DNA of 64,000 nt from Marsupella aquatica (Eukaryota > Plantae > Marchantiophyta). Of this stretch, positions 1 to 12,360 are shown piece by piece. How positions within the stretch are numbered: the first letter of the stretch is position 1; the number at the start of each line of letters is the position of its first letter. Both the position numbers and the translations under genes were made by a program. Below the pieces are notes generated by a model, which saw only the letters and a list, made by a program, of their open reading frames with translations, did no database searches and was not told where the DNA came from. The DNA lies in NCBI GenBank assembly GCA_973895155.1, contig OZ316893.1:10545660-10609659 (forward strand). The letters run 5' to 3'.

Positions 1-1547
1 CACATCAACTAGAGAATGTGATTAAACGATGCAATTGTCAAAGAAGTTGGAATAGATTTGAGGGGCTATTATCGACCTCTGGGGTGATGAACAGAGGAAT
101 ATCACATTGTTATAGTTTAGGATCTTCTAGTCAATTTGTAGGCATATGGTTGGATTAATCAAAGCGGAAGGGAGGACTGGGAGGCTCGAGCATCAGTCCA
201 ATAGGAACTGCAAGAATTGCCATTCAAACAGTAGCGTCTATGTAAATCAACTGTAATCACTAACCTGCCAATGGACTACTACAGCTTTGAGAGAGTTTAA
301 TAATAGTGGCCAATTTTGGGGTAGCTGATTCTTGGATGGAACGCAACGTTTAATTTACAGACTATGATGGACCAAACATTCTTAGACATCCAAAACAATG
401 GACTATTGTACAAAAGAAGGTTGCCATCTGAGTACAAATTAAGGTTTCAGAGTGGTCCATGCAAGTTGCAGTGGTCCATCAGGACATCTGATCAAATGTG
501 GTGGTCCATCTTATATAAGGGGATTGGCTGGGACATTAACGACTTCAGACTGATCCATGTCATCAGAGCGAATTGACCTCCCAGTTGAGTAACTTAACAA
601 CATGGTCTTGCATCTTATATAATATGGGATCGGCTAGGACAGTAAAGGCGGTTCAGATCAATCCATGTCATCAAAACAAATTGACCTCACCAATTAACGC
701 ACACAACATCCAAACTAGTAAAGGTGACTTTAAGTGTTGCACGAACAACCACAATAGTCATTCAAAACAGCAACAAACAGATAAATTATTTTAGAACCGG
801 ACCCATGCTGACTTGACTAGGGCTTTTCAAGTCTTTCATCTATCAAACAATTCCTAATTGTTTTCTGGTTTTTACTATAATGCCACCTTTTTAGTCCAAA
901 TATCACAACGTGCCACTATTTTCAGTTTATTGCCTATAATGCCACTGTTTTCCAGAGTCCGTTTTAGTTAACCACCCCTGGTTAACTATGCGGCATCCAA
1001 CGATCCAAAATGTGCCTGGGTGTTAATCGAGCGGTCCCCCTTCCCCTCATGCTAACCTTGGTCTGCCCTCAATACCCAGCCCTGGGCAGTCCTTGGAGGC
1101 AATCGCAGGCTCCCTCACGGAGCCTTCGAACATCGGGCCCCGTTCAGCGCATGCAATGAAGCTGAAGGTCGCTGCCTTACCTTCAGCAGATTTACAAGGT
1201 ATCGATCCCCCACTCACCCATGACGATTTGATGCTTGAATGAAGATACCGTTACCTTACGTACACTGTCTCTTTTCGGCTGTTTCAGAATGGTTACCTGA
1301 CTGCCCCATGTCACAGCAGCTCAACCTTGGTGCAGCTCGACCTACCTCCCTAGGTAGTTGCTATTCAACCTCGATTCCTTGCTTGCAGTAGCTTGAGTCA
1401 TCGACCATAGAACCTGCTCATCTTGTGGAGGCAATGGAAGGTATGTGATCTAGCTTCTTCTTATTCCTTATTTTCACAAAATGTTTACTATTAAATCCAC
1501 ACCGTTCTCTTTCAATTATTGAACATTGAAAGAGAATTCCTGTGTAG

Positions 1548-3650
1548 GGCAACGGCTCATGAACCAAGACGTCAATTCAGATTGGTACAAGCGGTTGAAA
1601 GTGGGCCAAACATTTGATTCAAGGGAAGGAGCTGAAGGGTTTCATTATTGACCATGGTGTGGTGTCTGAGCGGATCATTCTTAGTGTCAAGAAAGACCAG
1701 AAGCAATGTCTGGCGTCTTGTTAGATGAATCATAGCAGTGTAGAGAGTGACAAGAGATGCCACATGAGAATTAGTCATTCTGAAGAAAAAGACTGGGATC
1801 ATCACAATCACCAAAGCTCATATGAATCATGAATGTGAGGCAGTTGATCACTGACAAGCAAGATGCACACCAATTCTGACCGTTTGGCATAAAAAATCAT
1901 TGACATTCTAATGAGGAATAGGTAGACCAGGGCTTGCTCATTGCGAGATATTGCACAAGCCCTAATTCATCCTGATATCAAGTACCATATTGCCTATGTT
2001 GCTAAGAGGCAGGCTCTAGAGACATGATTGGATGGCAAAGAGAAAGACCCTTTTTTTTAATTCCAGATCACTTGCATCACATTTTACATAGGGATCCTCT
2101 TGCCACAGCAAAGTATTATGCTCCTAATGGACAATTTGACTGTTTGTTTGCCCTAGTGTTGCAAGAGAGTCATATAAGCATTGCAGACCACTAGTGGCTT
2201 TTGATGGCACCCATACTAGATCAGCATACCCACAGATTTTGCTCATTGCTACTGCACTCGGTGCTAATAACACCATTTTCATGCCAGCATATTGTATGGT
2301 TCCAAGTGAGAATCCCACTAAATAGCAGCGATTTTGAGGCTAATTAGAGATGCCATTCCGGATTTAGCAAGGCCTACAACTGTGTTTATCTCGACAGAGA
2401 GAAAGGGTTGTTGGATGGTGTACAAGAGGTCTTCCCCAGGGGCTTTCATGCATTCTGCTCATGGCACATTGGAGACAATTGCAGGTACATGAATGTTTTT
2501 ACAAACTTTGGGAGTACTACTGAGGTTTTCAAATGTCTTGCTTCTAATGTGAGCCTGACATACAGGGCACATTTCAACAAGCAAGCTCAAAAGGACTTTG
2601 AGCCGTTGGTGTATGCCACCACTCCAGAGCAATTCAAACGGAGGCTGGCTCAAATTAAAGCAAAGAATGCCAAGCTTGCAGAGTACATTGAAAAAACAGC
2701 AGACCCAAAGCATTACTCCAGAGCTTACTGCCCGTTTCAAAGGTGTGTGAATGTATTGAATATTAATCATATCACAAACATTGTCTGCTTTTTTCGCAAA
2801 TATCTTTTGAATGTCATGTGTTCTTGACTTTGGCAGGTGGGGACATGAGACAAGCCAACAAGCCAAAAGCTTGAACAAGGCTTTGAAGCCTCAAAGAATG
2901 ACAGTAGCCTTTAAGCAGTCCAACTGTTGTGGGACTACATGTTGAGAAGAGGCAATTGGTTGAATCTGTCACAACTCCATTCCCTCCAAACATTATGGTA
3001 GTGCTGAGGAGAACCAAGGAGAAGGCTGTTCAGTTACTTGCTCATGTGTCATCAAACATTGAGGTTTGTATCACCTGATTACTTGGCCGGGGAGGCAGTT
3101 CCTGGTGGAGTTTGAACCGGAATGGAGATGTAGTTGTGGTCATTGGCAAGACATTCAAATTCCTTGTGTTCATGCTTGGAGAGCTTGCACCAAGCTGCAC
3201 AAGAGGCAATTTGATTATGTTTCTCCGTTTTACTCAACTGAAGCATATAAGTAGACATACTCAGGCAGCATCCCAGCCATTTTGTGTGATGGCCTATTGC
3301 CAAACATGGATTGTGGAGAGCCACTTTTCAGAAGGAAGAGGGTAGACCATCAAAGAAGGCAAGAATGAGGTTTGTAGAGGAAGATGGAGTCCGTAGACCC
3401 ATGAGGTGTGGCCCAGGGGGTGGCCACTGCAATGAAGTTGGCCATGATCGGAGGAAGTGCCCTTAGCATCATGCACAAGTCTCACAAGAGAAAGGGAGAG
3501 GACCCACAGTAGGCAGTGAAGATGAAGATGAAATCATAACTGCTGAGGAGATTTTAGCTGCTCATGAAGAGGCAGGGCCAATCAAAATTGAGGCTGAAGT
3601 AGAGGGTACCTTCAACATGGGCATAGAAGATTCCCCGTCAAACAGTGAAG
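1548..3650 (+). pseudogene. MuDRA/MULE transposase pseudogene (many stops and frameshifts)
   Basis: Fragments: VAFDGTH (D1, ~2195-2215), VFISTER (degenerate D2), FCSWH (CxxH), TADPKHYSRAYCPFQR|WGHETSQQA across GT-AG intron 2743-2836, SWIM finger CSCGHWQDIQIPCVHAW (3066-3254 ORF), knuckle relic GHCNEVGHDRRKC (~3420-3460). Ends are approximate. Confidence 0.9.
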
Positions 3651-4068
3651 TCAATCCAGAATTCCACACGGAAGGCAGTAGGTGTTAGGCGGGAGGGGTA
3701 CATGTCAGACAATAACGAGAATGTCTTGGTGCAGAAGTCTTGGATGTCTCATTTTCTCAGTCATATGTGGATCTCCAGGGTTCATAGGAAGGTAGCCAAG
3801 GCGGTTTTATTTCTCAATTATTGGCTAGAGTAGTAGGAGACAAGTAAGTGTGGTAGTTTGGTTCTTTCAAAATGTGACTACATGTCAACATAATTTGTAA
3901 GTTGCTCTAGAGCTTTTTGTATAATAAAGAGAAGATTGTGCAATGTTATCTGTAACATTTGAAAGATAGTGCAACATTTGAATGACAAAAAATGGTAGTC
4001 TCAATTAAAATTTGCAGTGGATGATGTGCAACTGAAAGCTCACACATTGCATTTGATTCAATATTACA

Positions 4069-4287
4069 TTAGCTGCTTACATAAATTCTCCAACCTAGTA
4101 TATATAGATCCCATTGTATTGCTAGCCACTCCTCAGTCTGTGCTCTAGTCTTAAAGGACCTATGACTATTCCCACTAAAACCAAACACTTGTTGTTTTGC
4201 ATCTTCCGAGTTGTTGTATATACCTGGTCTATGACCTGAAGCCACTGCATACTCGGGGGTCTCACTATATGGATGCCTCCCCATCAC
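4069..4287 (-). CDS. Terminal exon of MULE-A accessory gene: RNase H1 N-terminal hybrid-binding (Cauli_VI/PF01693-like) domain, probably decaying
   Basis: YAVASGHRPGIYNNSEDAKQQVFGFSGNSHRSFKTRAQTEEWL matches the YAVxxGRxPGIYxxWxECxxQVxGFxGxxxKSFxTxxEAxxW pattern. The conserved W is S here (TCG). Acceptor ttgcag lies just upstream of 4287; upstream exons probably lie in 4570-5340 but were not resolved. Confidence 0.82.
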   Translation of the reverse strand: MMGRHPYSETPEYAVASGHRPGIYNNSEDAKQQVFGFSGNSHRSFKTRAQTEEWLAIQWDLYILGWRIYVSS

Positions 4288-7200
4288 CTGCAACATTTTT
4301 AGGACTCGGACCCCCTAAAATGTAAAAAAACATTATTTTTTCAACCCCTATAAAGTTGGAATATTCCAAAAAATTGGTTATAAGGTCCCTAATGTTCTTA
4401 TAAGTCTCAAAATTTGATTTTAAAAAACCATATTGTTCTTCTCAAAAACTTCTTAAGTCTTCCCTTTGAACCAATAAAATGACCCTATACTTCGTCACAT
4501 GTGATGTGTCATTTTTGTGGAAGCGGAACCTCCGAGACTCCATAGAAACCCAATTTACAAAAGTTTTCTACATTTGAATTTTGTTGTGCACCATGAACCA
4601 GAGGATTAGTCTGTTGTAGTGGAGGCCTTTGATCCTCTTGAGGGTAAGGCAGGGTTGCACTGTCATGGGCCATCTCTACTGGTGGACGACCAACAGCAAT
4701 GAGCCGCTCAAGCAATTCATGCAAAAATTGAAATAGTTGACTAAGCAAACCCAAAAACGACCAAAACATTTTTTCGGTGCACATTCCCAATGCAGACCAC
4801 ACACATCTTATAAGTAATTGTGTGCAAATGCCCCAAATTGCATTGAACTTAGTCTCGCATACCATGCTGTAAAATTATGACCCAAAACTCGGCAGCAAAT
4901 TGTGTCTCAACCTTGCAGTTGTTCTGTCTGGTCCCAAACTTGGATTGAGCTATTAATAGCCCCAGCCCGAGCGGCAAGGAATGGAGCCCTTACTAGTTTG
5001 CAGGGTGTTTAGGATAGAGTGCTCTGTGGCAGAGTGGATGTCCCGGATTTTGGTCAGCAAAATGTGTAAACATTGGGCCTCCTCAGGGGCCTCCTTTCCT
5101 TGGGCAAAAGTGGAGGTTGAATGTTATCCTTGCAGCAGGATGATCTAGCAACAAGATAAGCGAGCTGTTGCTTGTAGGGCAGAAACGCAGCCCAACAAAG
5201 CGCCAATGCTGGGATTGGCAGGAGGTAGCAAGGTGATGTCGAGCTGGGCAGCAAGGTCATCTGGAGTCGAGGCAGCAACAACCCTGGTTTGAGTGCAATG
5301 TGCCCACATTGGGCAGAGTTTCCTCATGGAAAACAAGGGTCATTTTCTCACACGAGAAAACAGGGCCTGATGTTCGAAGGCTCCATGAGGGAGCCGGTGA
5401 TGCCTCCAAGGACTGCCCAGGGCTGGGTATTGAGGGCCAGCTGAGGTTAGCATGAGGGGAAGGGGGGTCGCTCGAGTAACACCCAAGCACATTTTGGATC
5501 ATTGGATGCCACATTGTTAACAGGGGTGGTTACCTAAACTGGACTCTGGGAAACAGTGGCTTTATAGGCAATAAACTGAAAATAGTGGCACGTTGTGATA
5601 TTTGGACTAAAAAGGCGGCACTATAGTAAAAACCTCAATTTTTTTTATCAGGAGTGACCTGCTTACAAGGTTCCTGAAGTTGTCCATCTTTTCCTTTCCC
5701 TCCACTTTCCCCAATCTAAATCCACACATGCATATTGACCTGCCTAGCCTAATACCGGTTGCAACCACAGTCAGTCTAAGTGGACCGGGGGAGAGCGTGC
5801 TTGGAGTGGAGAGCTGATGAACGAACCAGGTCGGTCCTGTGGGACAGGTTTGGCCAACAGCGCATCAGAACTGGCTCAGAGGTTAAAGTGACTACTGTTA
5901 GGGATGAAAGCTTGGTGGGCACCGGGCAGGAACATAATTAATGCCGTTCAGTATTAATGCATACACCTGTCCAACTCCATCACGCATTCATGCTGACTCT
6001 GCACCCTCCCCTTTACTATACACTGTCAGATTTCTGCCCGTAGACGAAGCTAGTGACATCCAGCAGATTATGACGGCTGATCTTCCCGGGATTAACATTT
6101 GGTCCGTTGATGTTTTCCAGGTATTCAAGTGACCATTTTGGTTCATTTATTATTGCTAAGGACCTGCGTCCCTGTTTGATCCTCAACTTCAATGCCCCCC
6201 ATAGAAAACAGGTTACTTTGTTGTCACGTAGAATAACATGCTAGGAATGTTTTCATATTGAAAATTTCAAATTTATTTTCTACTGTTAGATCTCGTCGGC
6301 TTAAGGAGATCCACCAAATTCTCCTATATGTGCCCCGTGGGAAAGTGACTAATGGGACTCAACTGTGACAAACTTTAGTCAAAAGTGGACAGATCTTAGG
6401 ATAAAGGGTAAAAGTTGGCAGAAATTTTACCCATGAAAAAAATGCTGGTTTGGGTCCCTTCACTCCAGAAGAGGTACTCTCTAGCATGTGTCCTAGCATC
6501 CTAGAGGCTTCCTTTTGTTCTGCATAAGGATGGCAAGGGGTGTGTAGGAAAGTTTTGGGGTTACACTAGGGCATCTCAAGTAGCCCTTGCCCCAATAGTT
6601 TTCTGTGCCCAGAATGCTATGGGTTGGGCCATGGGATAGTTTGTCACTAACTGATACACTCAAGGCACTCGTGTCGATCCACGCCAAATATTGGTCCACA
6701 CATTCAAATATGTTGTAGCTTTACTGAAGTTGAGTAAACCCACAGGCAGGTGCTGTGACCCATCCAAAAACCCAAACCCCATGGGTTAATTTTCCCAGCG
6801 GATGTGTGATGCTGCAATAGGGTGTCTAAAAGTTGACCTTCCCCAAATTTTTGATTAGCTGTTGTGCAAATTCCAATTCGCAACCCCACTAGAAAAGTAT
6901 TATCTAGTATTCTGGGGCTACTTTACCACCCAATCACACATTTAGCATGGGGTCCAAATTGTAACTACAAGTCTTGGGACAAGTCTGAATGCCCATTCTT
7001 TAAGTTACAATAGAGGGATAATAGAATCAGCATGAATGACTATCATTTTGACATACCAACATCCCAATCTGCTCTCCATCCGCATACATTTGGTGGGGCC
7101 CTAGAGTTGCAGTCTAGAGTCTTCACTCTAGAAACCTAGACCCCAACTCTAGTTTATGTTAGTGAATTAATAAACTTATCCGTAAACGTGGTGTTGCTTT

Positions 7201-7734
7201 CAGTGCATGTTTTGAAGCATTATTGAATGTAAAATGTTTTGAGAGTCCTGCTATCCGTAAATGCACAAATTAGTTTGAACTCTGGTTGAGATATATAGTT
7301 CTCAAATGGAGCAGGAATTGCACAATTTCTGTCACACTATCTAATTGCAATTGGCTATAGTGAACAGACTGAATCAAGTTCAACGACCAAGATTACAAGA
7401 TTGGATTCATCTTCTGGTCTCTGCTCAGTGTCATGACGCTTGCGTACCATATATTATAGGAAGACGCATACTGAATGACGGAAAAGAGTGTGCAATCAAA
7501 CACTTGAATGGCTGCTCATCACAAGCTCATTTGCTGCAGATAGAGTCGACATAGCAATAATCTAAGGGGATCGTGGGGAACAATTTCAATTTTGCCTCAC
7601 AAAAATTGGTGGAACATCGAGACCAAGAGCAAAAATGTTGCTGGATTAGACAAGGTTGCTATCAACCAAGGAGGCCCACATTGCTTAGGCTCGCAGCCTC
7701 AAATCTCTGAAATTTCACTTGTTGCTAGAAGTAC

Positions 7735-8086
7735 TGTCATGGAATTACTTTTAGGTCTACTTAGGGTTACGATGGTAACCATAGTTAGGGCTGACCTTAG
7801 TCACGGACTAGGTTAGGTTTACTCGGTTCCACACTATATCGATCCCAAATGGTGTTTGCTGGGATAGTAGGAATTCAGGCTCGTTGTTACGGAGCTAGTT
7901 GAGAGATAGAGATATCTTGTATTGTGAAGACTCAGTATGGCTGATGGGCCTAGAGTGTAATAAAGCTCTTATGTGTTCCCGTGGATGTAGTCTTAACTGA
8001 GGTGAACAACGTTAGCTCTATGTGTCGACTACTTGTGCGTTGGATGATCATGGACTTGCCATTGTAAATGTTGTCTTTGCTCAACA
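7735..8086 (+). mobile_element. Solo LTR A (Ty1/copia-like)
   Basis: TG...CA ends, 352 bp, near-TSD AGTAC/AGTAT. Contains AATAAA followed by TTCCCGTGGATGTAG...GGTGAAC, typical of plant copia R/U5. Homologous to LTR B. Confidence 0.75.
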
Positions 8087-8214
8087 AGTATGTATGTCAC
8101 TCTCTCGATCCATAATCTCGATGTTGCTTGTGCTTGCTTGTTTGGTTTTGCTTCCCATCACTCATGAGCTACTCATTGCAAAGAAAGACGAGAAGAAAGA
8201 TTGCAGGTCTGGAG

Positions 8215-8558
8215 TGTTGAGCATAGACGACATTCGTGACGGCAAGCCCATGAACCATCCAACGCACAAGAGTCAACACAGAGAGATACGTGGTTCACCT
8301 CCACATGAGGCTACGTCCACGGGAACACACAAGAGCTTTATTGCACTCTAGGCCGACCGGCCATACCAAGCATCCACAGCACAAGCTCTCTCTATCTCTC
8401 AACTAGCTCCGTAACAATGAGCCTAAGTTCCACCAGGGTCTGGCATCAGCCCTGGTTTTATGCACAACAGCACTACCGCTAACATTAGCTAAGTCCTAAC
8501 CCGAGTTAGACTAACTGTGGTTAGCTCATGAGTCACAAGACTAGAGCAATATCTAACA
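8215..8558 (-). mobile_element. Solo LTR B (same family, opposite orientation)
   Basis: TG...CA ends, 344 bp, perfect 5-bp TSD TGGAG (8210-8214 and 8559-8563). 8215-8432 is the reverse complement of ~7870-8086. Confidence 0.85.
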
Positions 8559-8995
8559 TGGAGGAGGATAGGGGAGCAATGCAACGATAACAACAAACTC
8601 AAAAATGTAACCTGAGCCACTAATTGAGGTTAAAATCTTTGAAAGTTTTCAAAAAGTTATTTTGGTCTATTTTGGCACACAAAAATATTTAGTCCATCAT
8701 TGGATTCCGGTAAAAAATTGAGTATTCCTGCAAAAAATTGAGGATTCCTGTAAAAAATTGATGCACCATTTTTGGTTTTGTGAGTCATTTTTTTCCTAAA
8801 CAGGCCCGAGTCATCCAGGGTTAAGCAGGTTTACGGATACTTAGGTTTAATACTAAGATTGAAACTATCCATTGGATACCAAGTTGGGTACCCGTAGTCC
8901 ATCAAGGCAGGTTTCCACAAAGGGGTCGATCAAGAATATACCTCGATCCTTTTGTGCTCATCATCCATCGGGAATTGTCCATCTGTCTCCTCTAA

Positions 8996-9917
8996 GGGTG
9001 GCTTTACAAGACGTTGGGGCAGTTTCCACATTTGTTTGTCTCCAAGATCTAATCAGAGCCATCCATTTGGGAGAAACTGCTGCTGTTCACTTTACAAAAC
9101 CTTGGTGGCACTTTCAACCGAACCTGTTACAAATCCTACATGGAATACAGTGGGGGCAAATTTTTGCTTATGTGGAGCACTCTTTTGTCATAGATTTTAG
9201 ACCACCTCTGTTGGTGGTCTCTTCTTTTGGCTTCTTGGTCCATTTCTATTTTAAATCATTTGCATTAAAAAGAGACCCACAAGTCCTTCATCAGATTTTC
9301 TCTTCTCACATTTACAAAGACTTTAGTCAAAGATAACGTGACATTCAGGTGGAATGGGTCCTCAATTTGTTTTTTAGTCAATTAATCTGCCTCCATTGCT
9401 TTACAAGACCTTGGGGGAGTTAGTGGCAAAAATTTGCCAGATTCCACCTCCCCAAAAATCCTTTGCCACTTTTGGCAAAAATTCGCTACTGTTTTGCTGG
9501 CTCATTAGCCAGTGTTTCACCTAATCCCAGGCTCCATCAGCCAGAATCTAAAAGTCAGCCTTAAATCTAGGGAGATCTGACCTGCTGGCTCATTAGCCAG
9601 TGTTTCACCTAATCCCAGGCTCCATCAGCCAGAATCTAAAAGTCAGCCTTAAATCTAGGGAGATCTGACCGTCTGGAAAATAATTGAATAGGGAATCTTC
9701 TGAGCATCTTATCCCTTATCCCTAGCACACACTTTACATTCGTCACTCTGGCTAAAAAGTGAAATCCTTAAAAAAAATAGGCTGCTGGGGGCAATAAAAG
9801 GATTAAAAAAATGCTTTTAGCTTGGGGACACTATATTTAGTGTATGCTATGGCGCTCCAGTTTGCTTGGTGAAAGAAAAAAATTCACAAGCGCCCCCAAA
9901 GTCTTGTAAAGTCCTCC
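8996..9917. mobile_element. PIF/Harbinger (Tourist-like) MITE, family H1
   Basis: Imperfect TIRs GGGTGGCTTTACAAGAC / GTCTTGTAAAGTCCTCC with TAA TSD (8993-8995, 9918-9920). Both ends are homologous to 37585-38172. Confidence 0.75.
9495..9670. repeat. Perfect 88-bp tandem duplication
   Basis: 9495-9582 is identical to 9583-9670 (TGCTGGCTCATTAGCC...GGAGATCTGACC). Confidence 0.95.
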
Positions 9918-10899
9918 TAAGATGCTGTCTGACTGTTCACATTTCAAAGGCTTGGCAGATTTAAGAATTGGCGTTTCTGGGTAGAAAGGATCGCCTTCGT
10001 GGAATTCTTATGAGCCGACTTTGGCATTCAGATTGGCTTGAATCAAATGGGCTCCTGCCGTTGAGTGCCGGTTGAGTCCCGGTGGCGATGGATTGGAGGG
10101 GAGACCAGGACGGATGAGGACTGGGTGAGAATGATGATGTCCACGGTGGATGAGACTCGAGGCGATGGAGTGTCCAGCGAAAGGGACAAGTTTTAAAGGC
10201 GAAACAGACTGCAGAGGGACCGAGTGTGGAAGTTCGGTTGGTTCACTGTTCTGTCTGTCTCTCGTGTTTCATCCGGTTGTATCTGTCCGGTTGCGTCCTG
10301 TAAATAATGGTTGCACCCCATGCACCGGCATTGATGATTATCCCTGGATGTCACCTAGCCGGTTATGAGACGGTTCTTCTCATTGCTGATTGCCCTCGCC
10401 CACATGTTGGGACGAGTTTACACAGTAGTACCCGCTTGGCACCTACCTTTCAACAATGGCCATCTCTTCTCTTGAATATCAGCGACACTTCATCGCTGCT
10501 TTTACTCCTTGTGTTGTCGTGCAACTCATCATTCCGACTCCGCTATCCCCTTTCAAGCTCCGCCAACGATGACTATTAACGGAGGTTTGTGTTTGCCCTT
10601 GCAGATTTGCGGGTTGGTGTGTCTGTTCACTAGTCAGCTTGTTTGTGTCTGTATTGCAGGCTTTCGCAGCTTGGAAAGACTGTAAGAAAAACTATTTTGG
10701 TGGAATTTTGGTAGTCCCTGGTTGTGGTTAGAATGATTGTTGAGGCCAATTGGGGTGGGGGGGAGAGAGTTTCCGTTCATTCAAGGATTTTTGTTTTGTG
10801 GGGCGTCTTATGTTTGGACGATAGCGAGGTTGCCGGTAGATTTGTGGATTCTCGAGATCCATTCTCAGCCGATTTCTACTAGCACCTATGTTGTGATCG

Positions 10900-12360
10900 A
10901 TGGATCTGGATATTGATGATGGGGTCACGGATCGTGCAGCGGGGGACGAGGAGTCACGCGCGCATCTTCTATCCATCCCGTCAGATTTGAGCTCCAAGGG
11001 GAGTAGGGCCAAGGTCAGCATAGAGGGCCTGGACAGATATGCAGATGAGGGAACCCGTATTCTCTTCAGTGTTTCCTTCGATATTAAGCCTGGGGAAGTG
11101 ATGGCCATCATCGGCCCAAGTGGCAGCGGCAAGTCCACCATTTTGCGAGCCATCAATCGTCTCTGGGAGCCTCCGGCTGGAACAATTTTCGTGGACGGGC
11201 AGGACATCACGAAAAATGATGTGCTAGCTGTGCGGAGAAAATGTGGAATGCTCTTCCAGACACCCCTACTCTTCGAAGGTGACTGGCTTTCTCGCGCTTA
11301 GGCTTCTGATTTTCAACCTGGCAGTCTTTCTGAATAGTCTTCATACCTAGCTGAGTATGCTATTAACTCTTGCTTCGGATGGACAAATCTCATTGAAGAT
11401 CTCAATCTCCCTACACAATAAAATCTAACATTTTCTTCTTTCATCGTTGAGGGTGACTTCACGGATGCTCTTGGTTCTCTCCTCGAGCTCTTGGGACCAA
11501 TATGTACTCAAGGAAACTACTGTAAATATTGATTAACATGCTACTGATGTGGATGCGGCAGGCACGGTAGCTGACAATATAAGGTATGGCCCTAGCCTGG
11601 AGGGTAAGACCCTCACCATGGAAGAGATCGAGGGCCTCTTGATGCTGGCGGACTTGGAGCCAACCTTTGCTACCAAATCAATTATTGGTTTAAGTGTTGG
11701 CCAAGCTCAGCGGGTTGCTCTAGCGCGGACTCTTGCAAATAACCCAGAGGTAATTTCATATCTTCCTGTCGTTCCAAGCTAAGGAGATGCAGTAGGATGT
11801 AAAGAGGAAACACGCATGGGCTGTTCGTACTTCGACTTGCACAAAGTGACAGTAACACAGAGTGAATGATCACGGAACTTCTTACGTCCTGATGGGATCC
11901 ACCGGATGCGATCAAATGTTTCTACCTGGGCGAGATTTAGCTTGATGCCATCTTTACAAGGAGGTGAATTGCAAACGTGTTGTCAGTGGGTTCTAATGTC
12001 TCAAAGTGGAAATTAATTTACACCAGATGGTACTGTCCGATATTGGAATTGGGAGCCGTTTCTGGGCTGCTGACATTGATTTACCCATCTGTTGTGCAGA
12101 TTCTCTTGTTGGACGAACCGACCAGCGCTCTGGATCCCGTTTCTACAAGACACATTGAAGAGACAGTGACAAAGCTGTCACGCACTCGAGGGCTGACTGT
12201 AATCATCGTATCTCACAGTCTAGACCAGGTTCGTCGCATCGCGGATACGGTATGCCTGGTAGCTGCCGGACAGGTTTTAGAAGTATTGAAACCAGGTGAT
12301 CTCGACCACGCACAGCACCCCGTTGTGAGGGAATTCATTGCTGCATCATCCCAAGCTTGA
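10900..12360 (+). CDS. STAR1: Stand-alone ABC ATPase, STAR1/ABCI17 (NAP3)-like; 3 exons, 275 aa
   Basis: Exons 10900-11278, 11562-11749 and 12100-12360 with GT-AG introns; 828 nt in frame. Walker A GPSGSGKST, LNRLWEPP-type motif (INRLWEPP), signature LSVGQAQRVALARTLAN, Walker B LLLDEPTSALDP, H-loop VSH. These match the plant STAR1/ABCI17 family from memory. Confidence 0.92.

Larger units (their letters stand above)
865..5636 (+). mobile_element. Mutator-like element MULE-A (degenerate, two-gene)
   Basis: ~275 bp TIRs: 867-1140 (GGTTTTTACTATAATGCCACCTTTTTAGTCCAAATATCACAACGTGCC...) is the reverse complement of 5363-5634. Near-perfect 9-bp TSD AATTGTTTT (856-864) / AATTTTTTT (5637-5645). Contains a MuDRA-like transposase relic (+) and an HBD gene (-). 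Confidence 0.93.
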
